Below, piece after piece: positions 11,655 through 24,989 of a stretch of 64,000 nucleotides of DNA. Position 1 is the stretch's first letter. Every line of letters starts with the position of its first letter. Source of the stretch: Haliotis rufescens. Its lineage: Eukaryota. The notes beneath the pieces are model-generated. The model did no database searches, was not told the origin of the DNA, and saw only the letters and a list, made by a program, of their open reading frames with translations. The DNA is taken from assembly GCF_023055435.1 (NCBI RefSeq), contig NW_025963868.1, forward strand, positions 19,654,001 to 19,718,000, written 5' to 3'. The translations under genes and the position numbers were made by a program.

Positions 11655-12500
11655 ATGCGTCGTCTACAACGTGATTACCTGCTAAGGGCTATAAGCAGGC
11701 TTCTAACTGCTAGAACTCGAAGTGGGGTTGACAATATGTTCAATTTTCCTCGGTCTCTGATTTGCAGACTTTCCAACAGGTTTTTGCAAACACAAAATAA
11801 AAGTGACCGGCCCCGCACAGGACGCCATAGGTCGACAAAAAAAATGTAATGACCGTGGTGTTTATGAAACCATTTATGAAAAACACTGTTCACATGCGCC
11901 CGGCCAAAGGAGTTCAAGTTTCTGCATGCTCGGCGACCACCTGCATTTCGTACAAGCGTTAAACAAATCATCACATTCTAGTTACATGCCCATAGTGTTT
12001 GCAGCGTAGAAACTTGGAGAATCGCCTGCAGCCTTGTGTTGTGTTCTCAGATGAGTCCGACTCTGGACTTTCTGGATACGCGTTTATTTTTCTGGAGGCG
12101 TCCTACACGAACGTCATGCGAATGTCAACGTAACGCGACATGGGAGATTAAGGGTTGGGTCTGTAATAATATGGGGCGGAATCACTGGAAGGGTCACTGG
12201 ACAGTACTACCGAGACAACGCATGCATGTATGCTGGCGCCAAAGGGTGTGCTGCCGTTTGCGCGTCATGCCAGTCCACGTTTTGTTTTTCAAGACAGAAA
12301 AGCTCGTGCCCACCGTGTACGTATCATAGCTGTCTACATCCATCAGCAAAACATCACCAGAAAGCAACGGCCAGCCATTTCCGACTGATTGAGCACAACT
12401 AGGACATGATCGGGTGACGTGCACGCCGACATCAACGGCCACCCGCATCGTGAGCTGAAATTGACCAGGCGCGGCAAGAGAAGTGGACATGACACCCTCA
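11655..12500 (+). pseudogene. Decayed Tc1/mariner transposase
   Basis: N-terminal HTH-like MRRLQRDYLLRAI...DRPRTGR, then FSDES, GSVIIWGGIT, FQDRKARAHR (QDNARPH-like) and WPA/IEH-like remnants in shifting frames. Confidence 0.8.
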
Positions 12501-13689
12501 AAATGTCACTGACTGAAAATTTCAGTCAATATGTACATTGCCTGAGTGAATCATTGAATATGTATATTGACTGGAATGTTTTCTGTCAATATACATATTG
12601 CTTGATCAAAGACTGTCACATCACCATCACTCGAGTCTGTAATCATGTGTTATTTTCTAATATCCCCTACTGTTTTGGAGTGTGTGTATTCTCTTCTCAA
12701 ATATTGGCTTTAAACATCTCTTAAGTATCTGTCGTCTGTACTCTCCCTACTTGAAACTAATATTCAAAGCATTTGGATACTTCCTAGTTGATGCATTTTA
12801 AAAATAGCGTAACATACCGGAAGCATACGAGAGACACCGAATGTAGTCACGTACTGTGATTCACGCTTTAAACAATCTGAATAGCCCGGTTAGGTTTTTT
12901 TCTTATTTTTACGTGAAGGTGTGTGGTATAATTATAGAAACTCGTGCATTGAACATGACTTAACGTTTATCGCTTACTTCCATCTTTCGCGTCAATGTCT
13001 TGGCGATAAAGTCTTCCTCGACGCTAAAAATAGATATGTTTAATATAAACTACATTCCGTGGTACGTACGTGGTTTGCGTGGGTCTGACATAAAAGTATA
13101 CATGTATATACCTTGAGATTTATGTTCTCAGATGATCTGATTTTTGTTACTTAGTTATAATCAAACACGGCACTGGTGGTTTGAAAGGTTTTATAATTAC
13201 TTCTACCTTTGTTTCCCGGTTATTGAAACCTATGAAGAAATGCCCTATCAAGCCACTTCACAATATATTTAGGTACATACACAAAAACGTTGGCGTTCTT
13301 TTTTTAAAAACTGGAGTAATAATCACAACACATGTATCAACTGCCTGTCGCCAACATAGTATCGTCTGTTCGTATCTCTCTGACTGTGGCGAGCTTTAAG
13401 TTAAATAATCAGGACACTGGGAAATGTCGCCTTTTAGATTTGTAATAATTTCTTATTCGCTGCTAAATACTGTGAACGTGGCAATACGTCATGTAATATG
13501 TTATATCACCGTAGGAGGCACGCTTTCTGCCTCAATACGACTGAGTCATTGCGTTTTGCAATCCTGTCCAGGAGAACGTGGGCCCGGATCGAGCCTAGCC
13601 AACAAGTGTAGTAACTCTCATAGTAACTGCATACAAATACACACAAATGTGCGTCCCGTGTTTCCATTTACAGCTGTTGACCCACATAG

Positions 13690-14188
13690 CTGTTATTTGA
13701 TTGGCCAATGACAAGAACCCTGGATATGATCGTGCGCTCATTGGTTCTTTTCTGCGTGACGTATTCATTATAACCCTTTGTTCGATAAATGGATTATAAC
13801 CCTGGATTTCACGAGGAGTAATTTTTTGATACTGCTGCATATATATGCATGTGCATATGTTTCGATATAAATGCACACTATATGTCTGCAATTTGCACCT
13901 ACGTTACAATGCAACACTAATGCATAATGTTGTTGTGGTAGTCTCTTCGCTGATAGTAAATCCCAGATAGTAAACGATGAATGTCAGCCACAACATTAGC
14001 TAGCCAATCAATGCAGTGGAATCCATCTATGAAAGGTCACATGACTGGTTGGGCTCCCAATCGAACCAATCAAACGAGAGGGCATAAGCTCATTCACCTT
14101 TTTTAGCTCAAGCCAGTTTCCCAGCTTCGAGTGCTGTGGAAATGGTCAACTCGAAGAAAGACTGCCAGTAATATGGTGACCGTTCAAG
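13690..14188 (+). promoter_or_regulatory. Putative CIC-L promoter and non-coding first exon
   Basis: Cluster of CCAAT boxes (about 13699-13710, 14002, 14056, 14064), CpG-richer DNA, a good donor AAG|GTAAAC at 14188/14189 and a YY1-like GCCATTTTG near 14539. No transcript data available. Confidence 0.45.
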
Positions 14189-15066
14189 GTAAACCAGTTG
14201 TCTTTTCTTCATCGTTGACTCATTTCGTAACGGTACTGTTACAATCTGTTTAACTGACTATTCAATCTTCGACTCAATTTTGATGTACTTTCCTTCTGAA
14301 AGGCACGAAAGTTGCCGGAATGTTACAAACGCCTGTCCTCGATTCGTGATAAGGCGTTCACCGAAGACGCAATTTGTGGCAAATTTAGTTATATTATTGC
14401 CCGAACCATAAGTCTCTCTGGAGCTGAGAACATTCAAATTGAATCATAGTTACATGTCCGTGAACAAAATAAGAACTTGTTGTACTATTAAGTCTAACTT
14501 TGGAGATCAAACGTGTCGCATATTTCTCTACCGGCGAAGCCATTTTGTTGTCATCGGTATAGCTGAGCGAGGTCAGCGATTTGCACGAAGGCGAACCAAC
14601 TAGGGTGACCGCTCTCTTTGTTGAAATGTTTCTCCATATTTAGGCGACGCCTTAAGATGCCAGTCGCATAAACTGTCATGTTGTCATTATTGATATATGT
14701 AGAAGTTGCGTTCTCTTCTCATAGTATTTACACAGGTATTTGAAACACCACTGTCTGTGACAGTGCACACGACCTATTTGACAGTGAACTGGATGAAGAA
14801 AAGGTGACTGGGGGTGGTTAGTTTGGGACCAAATCATGGGTGGTTCATCTGAAATAGTGTGGGCCTATTATCTTAATATATATACGAATACGTTTATGTG
14901 TAATAATAAATTCATGATATTTACAGAAATGTAACAGCACTATTAACACCTTTTCAATGAATATTATCTCATGACAGACAATATTGAAGATTAATGTTTA
15001 AGAAGTTTCAAAATATATAAACATGATAAAACATGAGTTAATGGAGGGATCTTTTAGCAGAAACTA

Positions 15067-15496
15067 CAGTAAACTATGTTTATAACAAAAGCGCTTATAA
15101 TGGCGGATGTAACCGACATTTTTTTTTGGTCCCAGTCTTTTGCGACAAGTGAAGGTCGGGGGGTAGAATAGGTCTTCAGCAACCCATGCTTACCATAAAA
15201 GGTGACTACGCTTGTCGTAAGAGGCGACTAAAGTGGTCGGGCTCGCTGACTTGGTTGATGCATATCATCGATCCCAATTGCGAGGACTGATGCTCATGAT
15301 ATCGATCACTGGATTTTCTTGTCCAGACTCGATTATTTACAAACCGCCGTCATATAGCTGGAATATTGCTGAGTGCGGCGTTAAACAACAAACCAACCAA
15401 CCCAGCCATTTGCTGTATATATGTTTATGACGAACTACAGTTATAATGAACTAAAATTAGTGGTCCCTTTGAGTTTTTTATAACCTTAGTTTACTG
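15067..15496. mobile_element. Tc1/mariner-type MITE (TA target duplication) carrying a nested SINE-like family A copy (15149-15401)
   Basis: TA|CAGTAAACTA...TAGTTTACTG|TA termini. Confidence 0.7.
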
Positions 15497-16757
15497 TATG
15501 TAGATATCAACTTGAGTGAAAAGAACAACTGGTTGGTATAGGGTAATGTGTTGGTATTTGCAAATACTGAAAGGTTGCAGCCATAATGTATTATATTCCA
15601 CACTCTTAGGGACAGGGTAAGATTAATATTTATTAGAGCTATGGATATAAACTGCACATCAATCTTGGAAATATTGGCATGAATATTTCTGATGTTCATA
15701 TAGCTGACAACTAGCTGTTTTTCTTAACTACATTTGCAAGTCTTGGACTTAGGCCAGTTAGGGCCTGATCAAAACATGCACGTATCATATCAAGTGCTCC
15801 CTGCCCTTTCGAGAACCATCTGTAAATTAGTGAAATTGTTATCTCTTGTGTGTCCAGTACTACGCCCGAACAGTTACATGATAGTCCATTTCTCCTTGTG
15901 TATTATTTGTAGATGGGGCACACGTCTGTTTAATGCCAACTATTGTTGAAAAAGTTTGGATTTCATCAATGTTTTTAGTATGTTGTTCACTACTGATCGA
16001 TCTCTGATGACAAAATGAACTTGTTGTGTTTTGTTGTAATAAGCGACCATCCCCTTTGTCAGTTTAGTGAAATGATGATCTTTTGCCGCATGTTTGTACA
16101 ATTCCTTACAATACCAGCTTGGGCCAAAGACTTGCTTGTGTTCCAAACTCTCATATTTATTTTTAATATTTTGCCTATCTCTACATTTGTTCTCACGCAT
16201 GTACAGGGAAGCACATCTGATATGTCTGATATGTGAATTAGCTCAGATCCCATGGGTCAAAACAGCCTGTGTCACACCTTACCCTCGGGAAACCATGTCA
16301 CAGTGATTGAGGTTCTGTGTTGTTACTAATGTTAGTTCTACAGTTTGTGAAACAAAAGTGAAGAGTATGTTGACAGTAGTTTCATAAATATGTAGGTAAA
16401 TGTCCTCTGCCTGTATTGTTGGAGTCCAGGGTGGCCATGTTGTCGGTGGCTTCACATAGTGGGGGAGGGGGAAACACAGCCACACATATGATGCAGCATG
16501 TTGCTGTAACAATAAGACCTTTCATTTAGCTTACATGTTGGTAACACCACTGTAAAACATGTTCACTTACCCAGCTGTTGCAGACACACTATCATGTTAC
16601 ACTGTCATGGTAACCCCCATTTTACTCCTTTGGTACAGTGGATCTGTTCTTCACCAGGCAGCACGATGACCACTCCACCCCACTGTAATCCTGTGGTACA
16701 TTTTAATCCTGTGGTGCTGTGGTTCTCTTCTTCATCAAGCAGCACAGGGACCACATT

Positions 16758-19700
16758 ACAGTGTACATGGCACAACACGGGGGTGGGGAGACACTATGTC
16801 ACAGTGTACATGGCACAACACGGGGGTGGAGAGACACTATGTCACAGTGTACATGGCACAACACAGGGATGGGGAGACACTATGTCACAGTGTACATGGC
16901 ACAACACAGGGATGGGGAGACACTATGTCACAGTGTACATGGCACAACACGGGGGTGGGGAGACACTATGTCACAGTGTACATGGCACAACACAGGGATG
17001 GGAGACACTATGTCACAGTGTACATGGCACAACACAGGGATGGGGAGACACTGTCACAGTGTACATGGCACAACACAGGGATGGGGAGACACTATGTCAC
17101 AGTGTACATGGCACAACACAGGGATGGGGAGACACTATGTCACAGTGTACATGGCACAACACAGGGATGGGGAGACACTGTCACAGTGTACATGGCACAA
17201 CACAGGGATGGGGAGACACTATGTCACAGTGTACGTCATGGCACAACACAGGGATGGGGAGACACTATGTCACAGTGTACATGGCACAACACAGGGATGG
17301 GGAGACACTATGTCACAGTGTACATGGCACAACACAGGGATGGGGAGACACTGTCACAGTGTACATGGCACAGCACGGGGGTGGGGAGACACTATGTCAC
17401 AGTGTACATGGCACAACACGGGGATGGGGAGACACTATGTCACAGTGTACGTCATGGCACAACACAGGGATGGGGAGACACTATGTCACAGTGTACATGG
17501 CACAACACAGGGATGGGGAGACACTGTCACAGTGTACATGGCACAGCACGGGGGTGGGGAGACACTATGTCACAGTGTACATGGCACAACACGGGGATGG
17601 GGAGACACTATGTCACAGTGTACATGGCACAACACAGGGATGGGGAGACACTATGTCACAGTGTACATGGCACAACACAGGGATTGGGAGACACTATGTC
17701 ACAGTGTACATGGCACAACACGGGGATGGGGAGACACTATGTCACACTGTACATGACACAACACAGGGATTGGGAGACACTATGTCACAGTGTACATGGC
17801 ACAACACGGGGATGGGGAGACACTATGTCACAGTGTACATGGCACAACACAGGGATGGGGAGACACTATGTCACACTGTACATGACACAACACAGGGATT
17901 GGGAGACACTATGTCACACTGTACATGACACAACACAGGGATGGGGAGACACTATGTCACACTGTACATGACACAACACGGGGATGGGGAGACACTGTCA
18001 CAGTGTACATGGCACAACACAGGGATGGGGAGACACTATGTCACAGTGTAGGTCATGGCACAACACGGGGGTGGAGAGACACTATGTCACAGTGTACATG
18101 GCACAACACAGGGATGGGGAGACACTATGTCACAGTGTACATGGCACAACACAGGGATGGGGAGACACTATGTCACAGTGTACATGGCACAACACAGGGA
18201 TGGGGAGACACTATGTCACAGTGTACATGGCACAACACAGGGATTGGGAGACACTATGTCACAGTGTACATGGCACAACACGGGGATGGGGAGACACTAT
18301 GTCACAGTGTACGTCATGGCACAACACAGGGATGGGGAGACACTATGTCACAGTGTACGTCATGGCACAACACGGGGGTGGGGAGACACTATGTCACACT
18401 GTACATGGCACAACACAGGGATGGGGAGACACTATGTCACAGTGTACGTCATGGCACAACACAGGGATGGGAGACACTATGTCACAGTGTACGTCATGGC
18501 ACAACACAGGGATGGGGAGACACTATGTCACAGTGTACATGGCACAACACGGGGATGGGGAGACACTATGTCACAGTGTACATGACACAACACGGGGATG
18601 GGGAGACACTATGTCACAGTGTACATGACACAACACGGGGATGGGGAGACACTATGTCACAGTGTACGTCATGGCACAACACAGGGATGGGGAGACACTA
18701 TGTCACAGTGTACGTCATGGCACAACACAGGGATGGGAGACACTATGTCACAGTGTACGTCATGGCACAACACAGGGATGGGGAGACACTATGTCACAGT
18801 GTACATGGCACAACACAGGGATGGGGAGACACTATGTCACAGTGTACATGGCACAACACGGGGGTGGGGAGACACTATGTCACAGTGTACGTCATGGCAC
18901 AACACAGGGATGGGGAGACACTATGTCACACTGTACATGGCACAACACGGGGATGGGGAGACACTATGTCACAGTGTACATGACACAACACGGGGATGGG
19001 GAGACACTATGTCACAGTGTACATGGCACAACACGGGGGTGGGGAGACACTATGTCACAGTGTACATGGCACAACACAGGGATGGGGAGACACTATGTCA
19101 CAGTGTACGTCATGGCACAACACAGGGATGGGGAGACACTATGTCACAGTGTACATGGCACAACACAGGGATGGGGAGACACTATGTCACAGTGTACATG
19201 GCACAACACGGGGATGGGGAGACACTATGTCACAGTGTACATGGCACAACACGGGGATGGGGAGACACTATGTCACAGTGTACATGGCACAACACGGGGA
19301 TGGGGAGACACTATGTCACAGTGTACGTCATGGCACAACACAGGGATGGGAGACACTATGTCACAGTGTACATGGCACAACACAGGGATGGGGAGACACT
19401 GTCACAGTGTACATGACACAACACGGGGATGGGGAGACACTATGTCACAGTGTACATGGCACAACACGGGGGTGGGGAGACACTATGTCACAGTGTACGT
19501 CATGGCACAACACAGGGATGGGGAGACACTATGTCACAGTGTACATGGCACAACACGGGGATGGGGAGACACTGTCACAGTGTACATGACACAACACGGG
19601 GATGGGGAGACACTATGTCACAGTGTACATGGCACAACACGGGGGTGGGGAGACACTATGTCACAGTGTACGTCATGGCACAACACAGGGATGGGGAGAC

Positions 19701-22061
19701 ACTATGTCACAGTGTACATGGCACAACACGGGGATGGGGAGACACTATGTCACAGTGTACATGACACAACACGGGGATGGGGAGACACTATGTCACAGTG
19801 TACATGGCACAACACAGGGATGGGGAGACACTATGTCACAGTGTACATGGCACAACACAGGGATGGGGAGACACTATGTCACAGTGTACATGGCACAACA
19901 CGGGGGTGGGGAGACACTATGTCACAGTGTACGTCATGGCACAACACGGGGGTGGGGAGACACTATGTCACAGTGTACATGGCACAACACAGGGATGGGG
20001 AGACACTATGTCACAGTGTACGTCATGGCACAACACGGGGGTGGGGAGACACTATGTCACAGTGTACATGGCACAACACAGGGATGGGGAGACACTATGT
20101 CACAGTGTACATGGCACAACACAGGGATGGGGAGACACTATGTCACAGTGTACGTCATGGCACAACACGGGGGTGGGGAGACACTATGTCACAGTGTACA
20201 TGGCACAACACAGGGATGGGGAGACACTATGTCACAGTGTACGTCATGGCACAACACAGGGATGGGAGACACTATGTCACAGTGTACATGGCACAACACA
20301 GGGATGGGAGACACTATGTCACAGTCTACATGGCACAACACAGGGATGGGAGACACTATGTCACAGTGTACATGGCACAACACAGGGATGGGGAGACACT
20401 ATGTCACAGTGTACATGGCACAGCACGGGGGTGGGGAGACACTATGTCACAGTGTACATGGCACAACACAGGGATGGGGAGACACTATGTCACAGTGTAC
20501 ATGGCACAACACAGGGATGGGGAGACACTATGTCACAGTGTACATGGCACAACACAGGGATGGGGAGACACTATGTCACAGTCTACATGGCACAACACGG
20601 GGGTGGGGAGACACTATGTCACAGTGTACATGGCACAACACAGGGATGGGGAGACACTATGTCACAGTGTACATGGCACAACACAGGGATGGGGAGACAC
20701 TATGTCACAGTGTACATGACACAACACAGGGGTGGGGAGACACTATGTCACACTGTACATGGCACAACACAGGGATGGGAAGACACTATGTCACAGTGTA
20801 CATGACACAACACAGGGATGGGAAGACACTATGTCACAGTGTACATGACACAACACAGGGATGGGGAGACACTGTCACAGTGTACATGGCACAGCACGGG
20901 GGTGGGGAGACACTATGTCACAGTGTACATGGCACAACACAGGGATGGGGAGACACTATGTCACAGTGTACATGGCACAACACAGGGATGGGGAGACACT
21001 ATGTCACAGTGTACATGGCACAACACGGGGGTGGGGAGACACTATGTCACAGTGTACATGGCACAACACAGGGATGGGGAGACACTATGTCACAGTGTAC
21101 ATGACACAACACAGGGATGGGGAGACACTATGTCACAGTGTACATGGCACAACACGGGGGTGGGGAGACACTATGTCACAGTGTACATGGCACAACACGG
21201 GGGTGGGGAGACACTATGTCACAGTGTACATGGCACAACACGGGGGTGGGGAGACACTATGTCACAGTGTACGTCATGGCACAACACAGGGATGGGGAGA
21301 CACTATGTCACAGTGTACATGGCACAACACGGGGGTGGGGAGACACTATGTCACAGTGTACATGGCACAACACGGGGGTGGGGAGACACTATGTCACAGT
21401 GTACATGGCACAACACGGGGGTGGGGAGACACTATGTCACAGTGTACGTCATGGCACAACACAGGGATGGGGAGACACTATGTCACAGTGTACATGGCAC
21501 CACACGGGGGTGGGGAGACACTATGTCACAGTGTACATGGCACAACACAGGGATGGGGAGACACTATGTCACAGTGTACGTCATGGCACAACACAGGGAT
21601 GGGGAGACACTATGTCACAGTGTACATGGCACAACACAGGGATGGGGAGACACTATGTCACAGTGTACATGGCACAACACAGGGATTGGGAGACACTATG
21701 TCACAGTGTACATGGCACAACACGGGGGTGGGGAGACACTATGTCACAGTGTACATGGCACAACACAGGGATTGGGAGACACTATGTCACAGTGTACATG
21801 GCACAACACAGGGATGGGGAGACACTGTCACAGTGTACATGGCACAACACAGGGATGGGGAGACACTATGTCACAGTGTACATGGCACAACACAGGGATG
21901 GGGAGACACTGTCACAGTGTACATGGCACAGCACGGGGGTGGGGAGACACTATGTCACAGTGTACATGGCACAACACGGGGATGGGGAGACACTATGTCA
22001 CAGTGTACATGGCACAACACGGGGGTGGGGAGACACTATGTCACAGTGTACATGGCACAAC
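16758..22061 (+). repeat. 43-bp minisatellite, about 120 copies (41/42/46-bp variants)
   Basis: Unit CACAGTGTACATGGCACAACACAGGGATGGGGAGACACTATGT. Lies upstream of the first CIC coding exon, probably in the 5'UTR intron. Confidence 0.97.
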
Positions 22062-22324
22062 CCATGTGACGCAACATTTTAATCGTATTGATTTGACCAT
22101 AGATTCATTTGTTGGGGGCTAAAAACAAATGGACACTTAAGCTGTAGTAAACATGGTTGACAAATTCATTGTTATGTTTCAGTGATTTTTTCTTGAACAT
22201 TCTAGCAGTATGAATGATGCGATGTGTAAACATACTTATTCTTCAACATGACATGTTAAATATACTGTTATTCAGTGTAGATTTTTGATGATAGTTTTTG
22301 TGCATTGCAGATCATGCCTAAAAG

Positions 22325-24989
22325 ATGACAAGACGTAGCGACAGTCGCACCAGGCGTGGTCGATCTAACAGCTCTTCACCAACAGGCCCCAGACAAACCA
22401 AATCCAGACGCAGAAATGCCAATCAGACATCTGAAAGCCCAGCCCCTGTTCCTGAGGAGTCTTCCATTCAGGAGAACAACACTGAAGTAGAAACAAAAGG
22501 CAAAGACGAACAGATGGAGCAGACGGCCAAACGCCAAAGTCAGAGGAATGCTGGCAAAGAGTCTGAGGCAAAGAAGCCAACTCCTGCAGCAAGTCTTAAA
22601 AGTACACGCACACCTCGGGCTGGGAAGAAAGTTGGTATGGAGCTTGATCAGGAGGCAGCCTCTGAAATGGCGAAGCCCTCGTCTTCTGTGTCACTGGCCA
22701 CCAGCTTGCCCGTCACCCCAAGCAACATGCCCAAACCAGAGCCTGTGGATACTCCTGGGGATTCAGGTATCGAGAAGTCTCCAACTGAGCTGCAGGTTGT
22801 TAGAGCAATAGCCAAGCCTCCCAAAAAACGTAAAGCAAATGATATTGAGCCTGAACTTGTGGTGTCACCTCCACCAAAACGACCTGCTATTGACTTAAAT
22901 GAATGGAAGAATCAACGTGTTCTTGCTAAAAGGGAGACTGTTTTCCAGCCTGGTGTTGTGAAGCAGATTCGTCAGAATCGACACATTGGAATCTGCTTTG
23001 ATGATAAGACTGTAATCTATTACAACGACATCTTGAATGCCCCATTGTGTGACATCATATCAGACAACTCCCCGATGGGGATGCTGGTTTCCATAGGAAC
23101 TAAAGTGTGTGTGAGAATCAGTTCTGAAGAAAATGTTTTCTATGAAGGTTTTGTGATGGAGAAGAAAAATGCACCTGTTATGTATAAAATACACTTGGAC
23201 AACAAACCCGAAAACAAGCCTGAAGACTGCTGGGTGACTCGGGCCAACATCCGGCTCCTCCAGCCTCCATGGTATGAGGATATGGAGGACAACTTCTCCG
23301 AGCCGGAGCACATGTATCAGCCCATCCCTGGTGGAGGAGTCTATAGAATAGAGAGGCCTGCATCAAGCGTTGCTAGTATAGCAAGCTTTGATAAAAATGA
23401 CTCGTCTGAAGATGAAATGACAGCAGAGAATCTGAGCTTTGACTCTTCTGGAATGAGTACACCTAGATCAGGCAGTGCAACACCAGGTGCTCGTTCACAG
23501 AATGGACGTGAACGCAACAAGCAGCCTCCTAAAAAACGTGAATCTGCACGCAGTCGGAGTGCCCAATCCACAGAGAGTAGTCGGTCGAGTACTCCTCGAT
23601 CTCCCCTGACAACAAAATACAAGAAAGGGGATGTTGTGTCCACTCCTAATGGAATACGGAAAAAATTCAATGGAAAGCAATGGAGAAGGTTGTGCTCTAA
23701 AGAAGGGTGTACAAAAGAGTCTCAGAGGCGAGGTTTTTGTTCAAGACATTTATCACTGAAAGGCAAGAGTCTTCGTCAAGCTCCAACTTTCCCTGGGTGT
23801 CGGAAAGGGGAGATGAAAGAAGGCCAGATTCAGTGGACAGACCAATCAAGAGAAGGTGAAACTGAACATGACAGACTGCTACAGCATCAGTTTGATATGG
23901 ATGAGAAGGAGGCAGCCAATATGTTAGTCTCATTGGGCAACTCTCGGTCAACGACACCAGCCTTCTCTCCGACACCGCAGACACCCATCTCGCCACGTCT
24001 GTCAGCCCAATCACCCCCAGGTTCCGCCATCTACAGAAGTGGGTCAACATCATTCACCCCCATCTCCCCGCACACCAACCCCCAGAACCCTGGCTTCATT
24101 ACCTCGCCCTCCCGATCATGGAGTGCTGGCACCTCCAAGTCCAGCACCTCGTCCGAACATGTATCCCCAGTCACACCAAGATTTCCTCCATCTTCAGGTG
24201 GCCCATCTGCCTTCCAGCCGAAGATTAATGTCATTGACCCTAATGTCTTGCCCAAACCCAGGAGTTTGTCCATTGCTACTCGACAGGACTCCATTGTGAG
24301 TGAAGATTCGGGAATTGAAATTCAGCCACCAAAGACACCAGATCAACATTCTTCACATTCTGCACATACAAGACAGAATTTGTATCCAACCGGTGCATGT
24401 TCGATTCTCACTTCGACAATTCAGCAGCGTCTTGCTGCCCACAATGCTGAGATGGCCAGGGAAACGGCATTTGTGACAGTGTCTCAGCAACAGGCACATG
24501 CAGGGAGGGAACAGAGAGCATATTCTGAGACTGGGGTGAGGAACTATTCTGGCATGGTTTCAGGAAAGAGTCACTCCATGGACCATGTGGCTGATAGACA
24601 TGTTGCCATATTGCCTGATCATATCAATGGTGGGAGACTACCTCGACCCTCGCACCAGGAATATGAACAACAGTTGCATCATGGGATGCAGGAACGTGCC
24701 CACGATGCACATTCTAACGTTCCGATGGAGCTGACCAGTCGGGCGAGTGTAAGTGTATCCCATAACACTCTTTCCCAGAATACAGTTGTCAGCCAAGCAC
24801 ATACCACCTTGCAACAACAGCTACACCAAGCTACACCAAATGCTGGTCAACAGCAGGGGTCAAGTTACCCCGCTGGAGCCGTGCACCCAACAGCATCCAC
24901 GCTGTTGCCAGTGTTACCAGTGAATGACCACCCGAGGGAAGCCGCCCCAGCAGAGAGAACCAATCACATGAGGGAAGACCATTCAGAAC
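22325..24989 (+). CDS. CIC: Capicua long-isoform (CIC-L) first coding exon
   Basis: Acceptor tgcattgcAG at 22310; in-frame TAA at 22319 lies upstream of ATG 22325; donor GTAAGT at 24990 (phase 1). Contains the [14 protein letters not shown]...LLQPPW Tudor-like region, the [27 protein letters not shown] block and EAANMLVSL, typical of CIC-L. Confidence 0.9.

Noticed and set aside
16594-22122. Many long overlapping ORFs (up to 692 aa) in all three + frames
   Set aside because: Artefact of a stop-free 43-bp unit (3n+1, so translation cycles through all frames). Indel variants of 41, 42 and 46 bp show no frame conservation.
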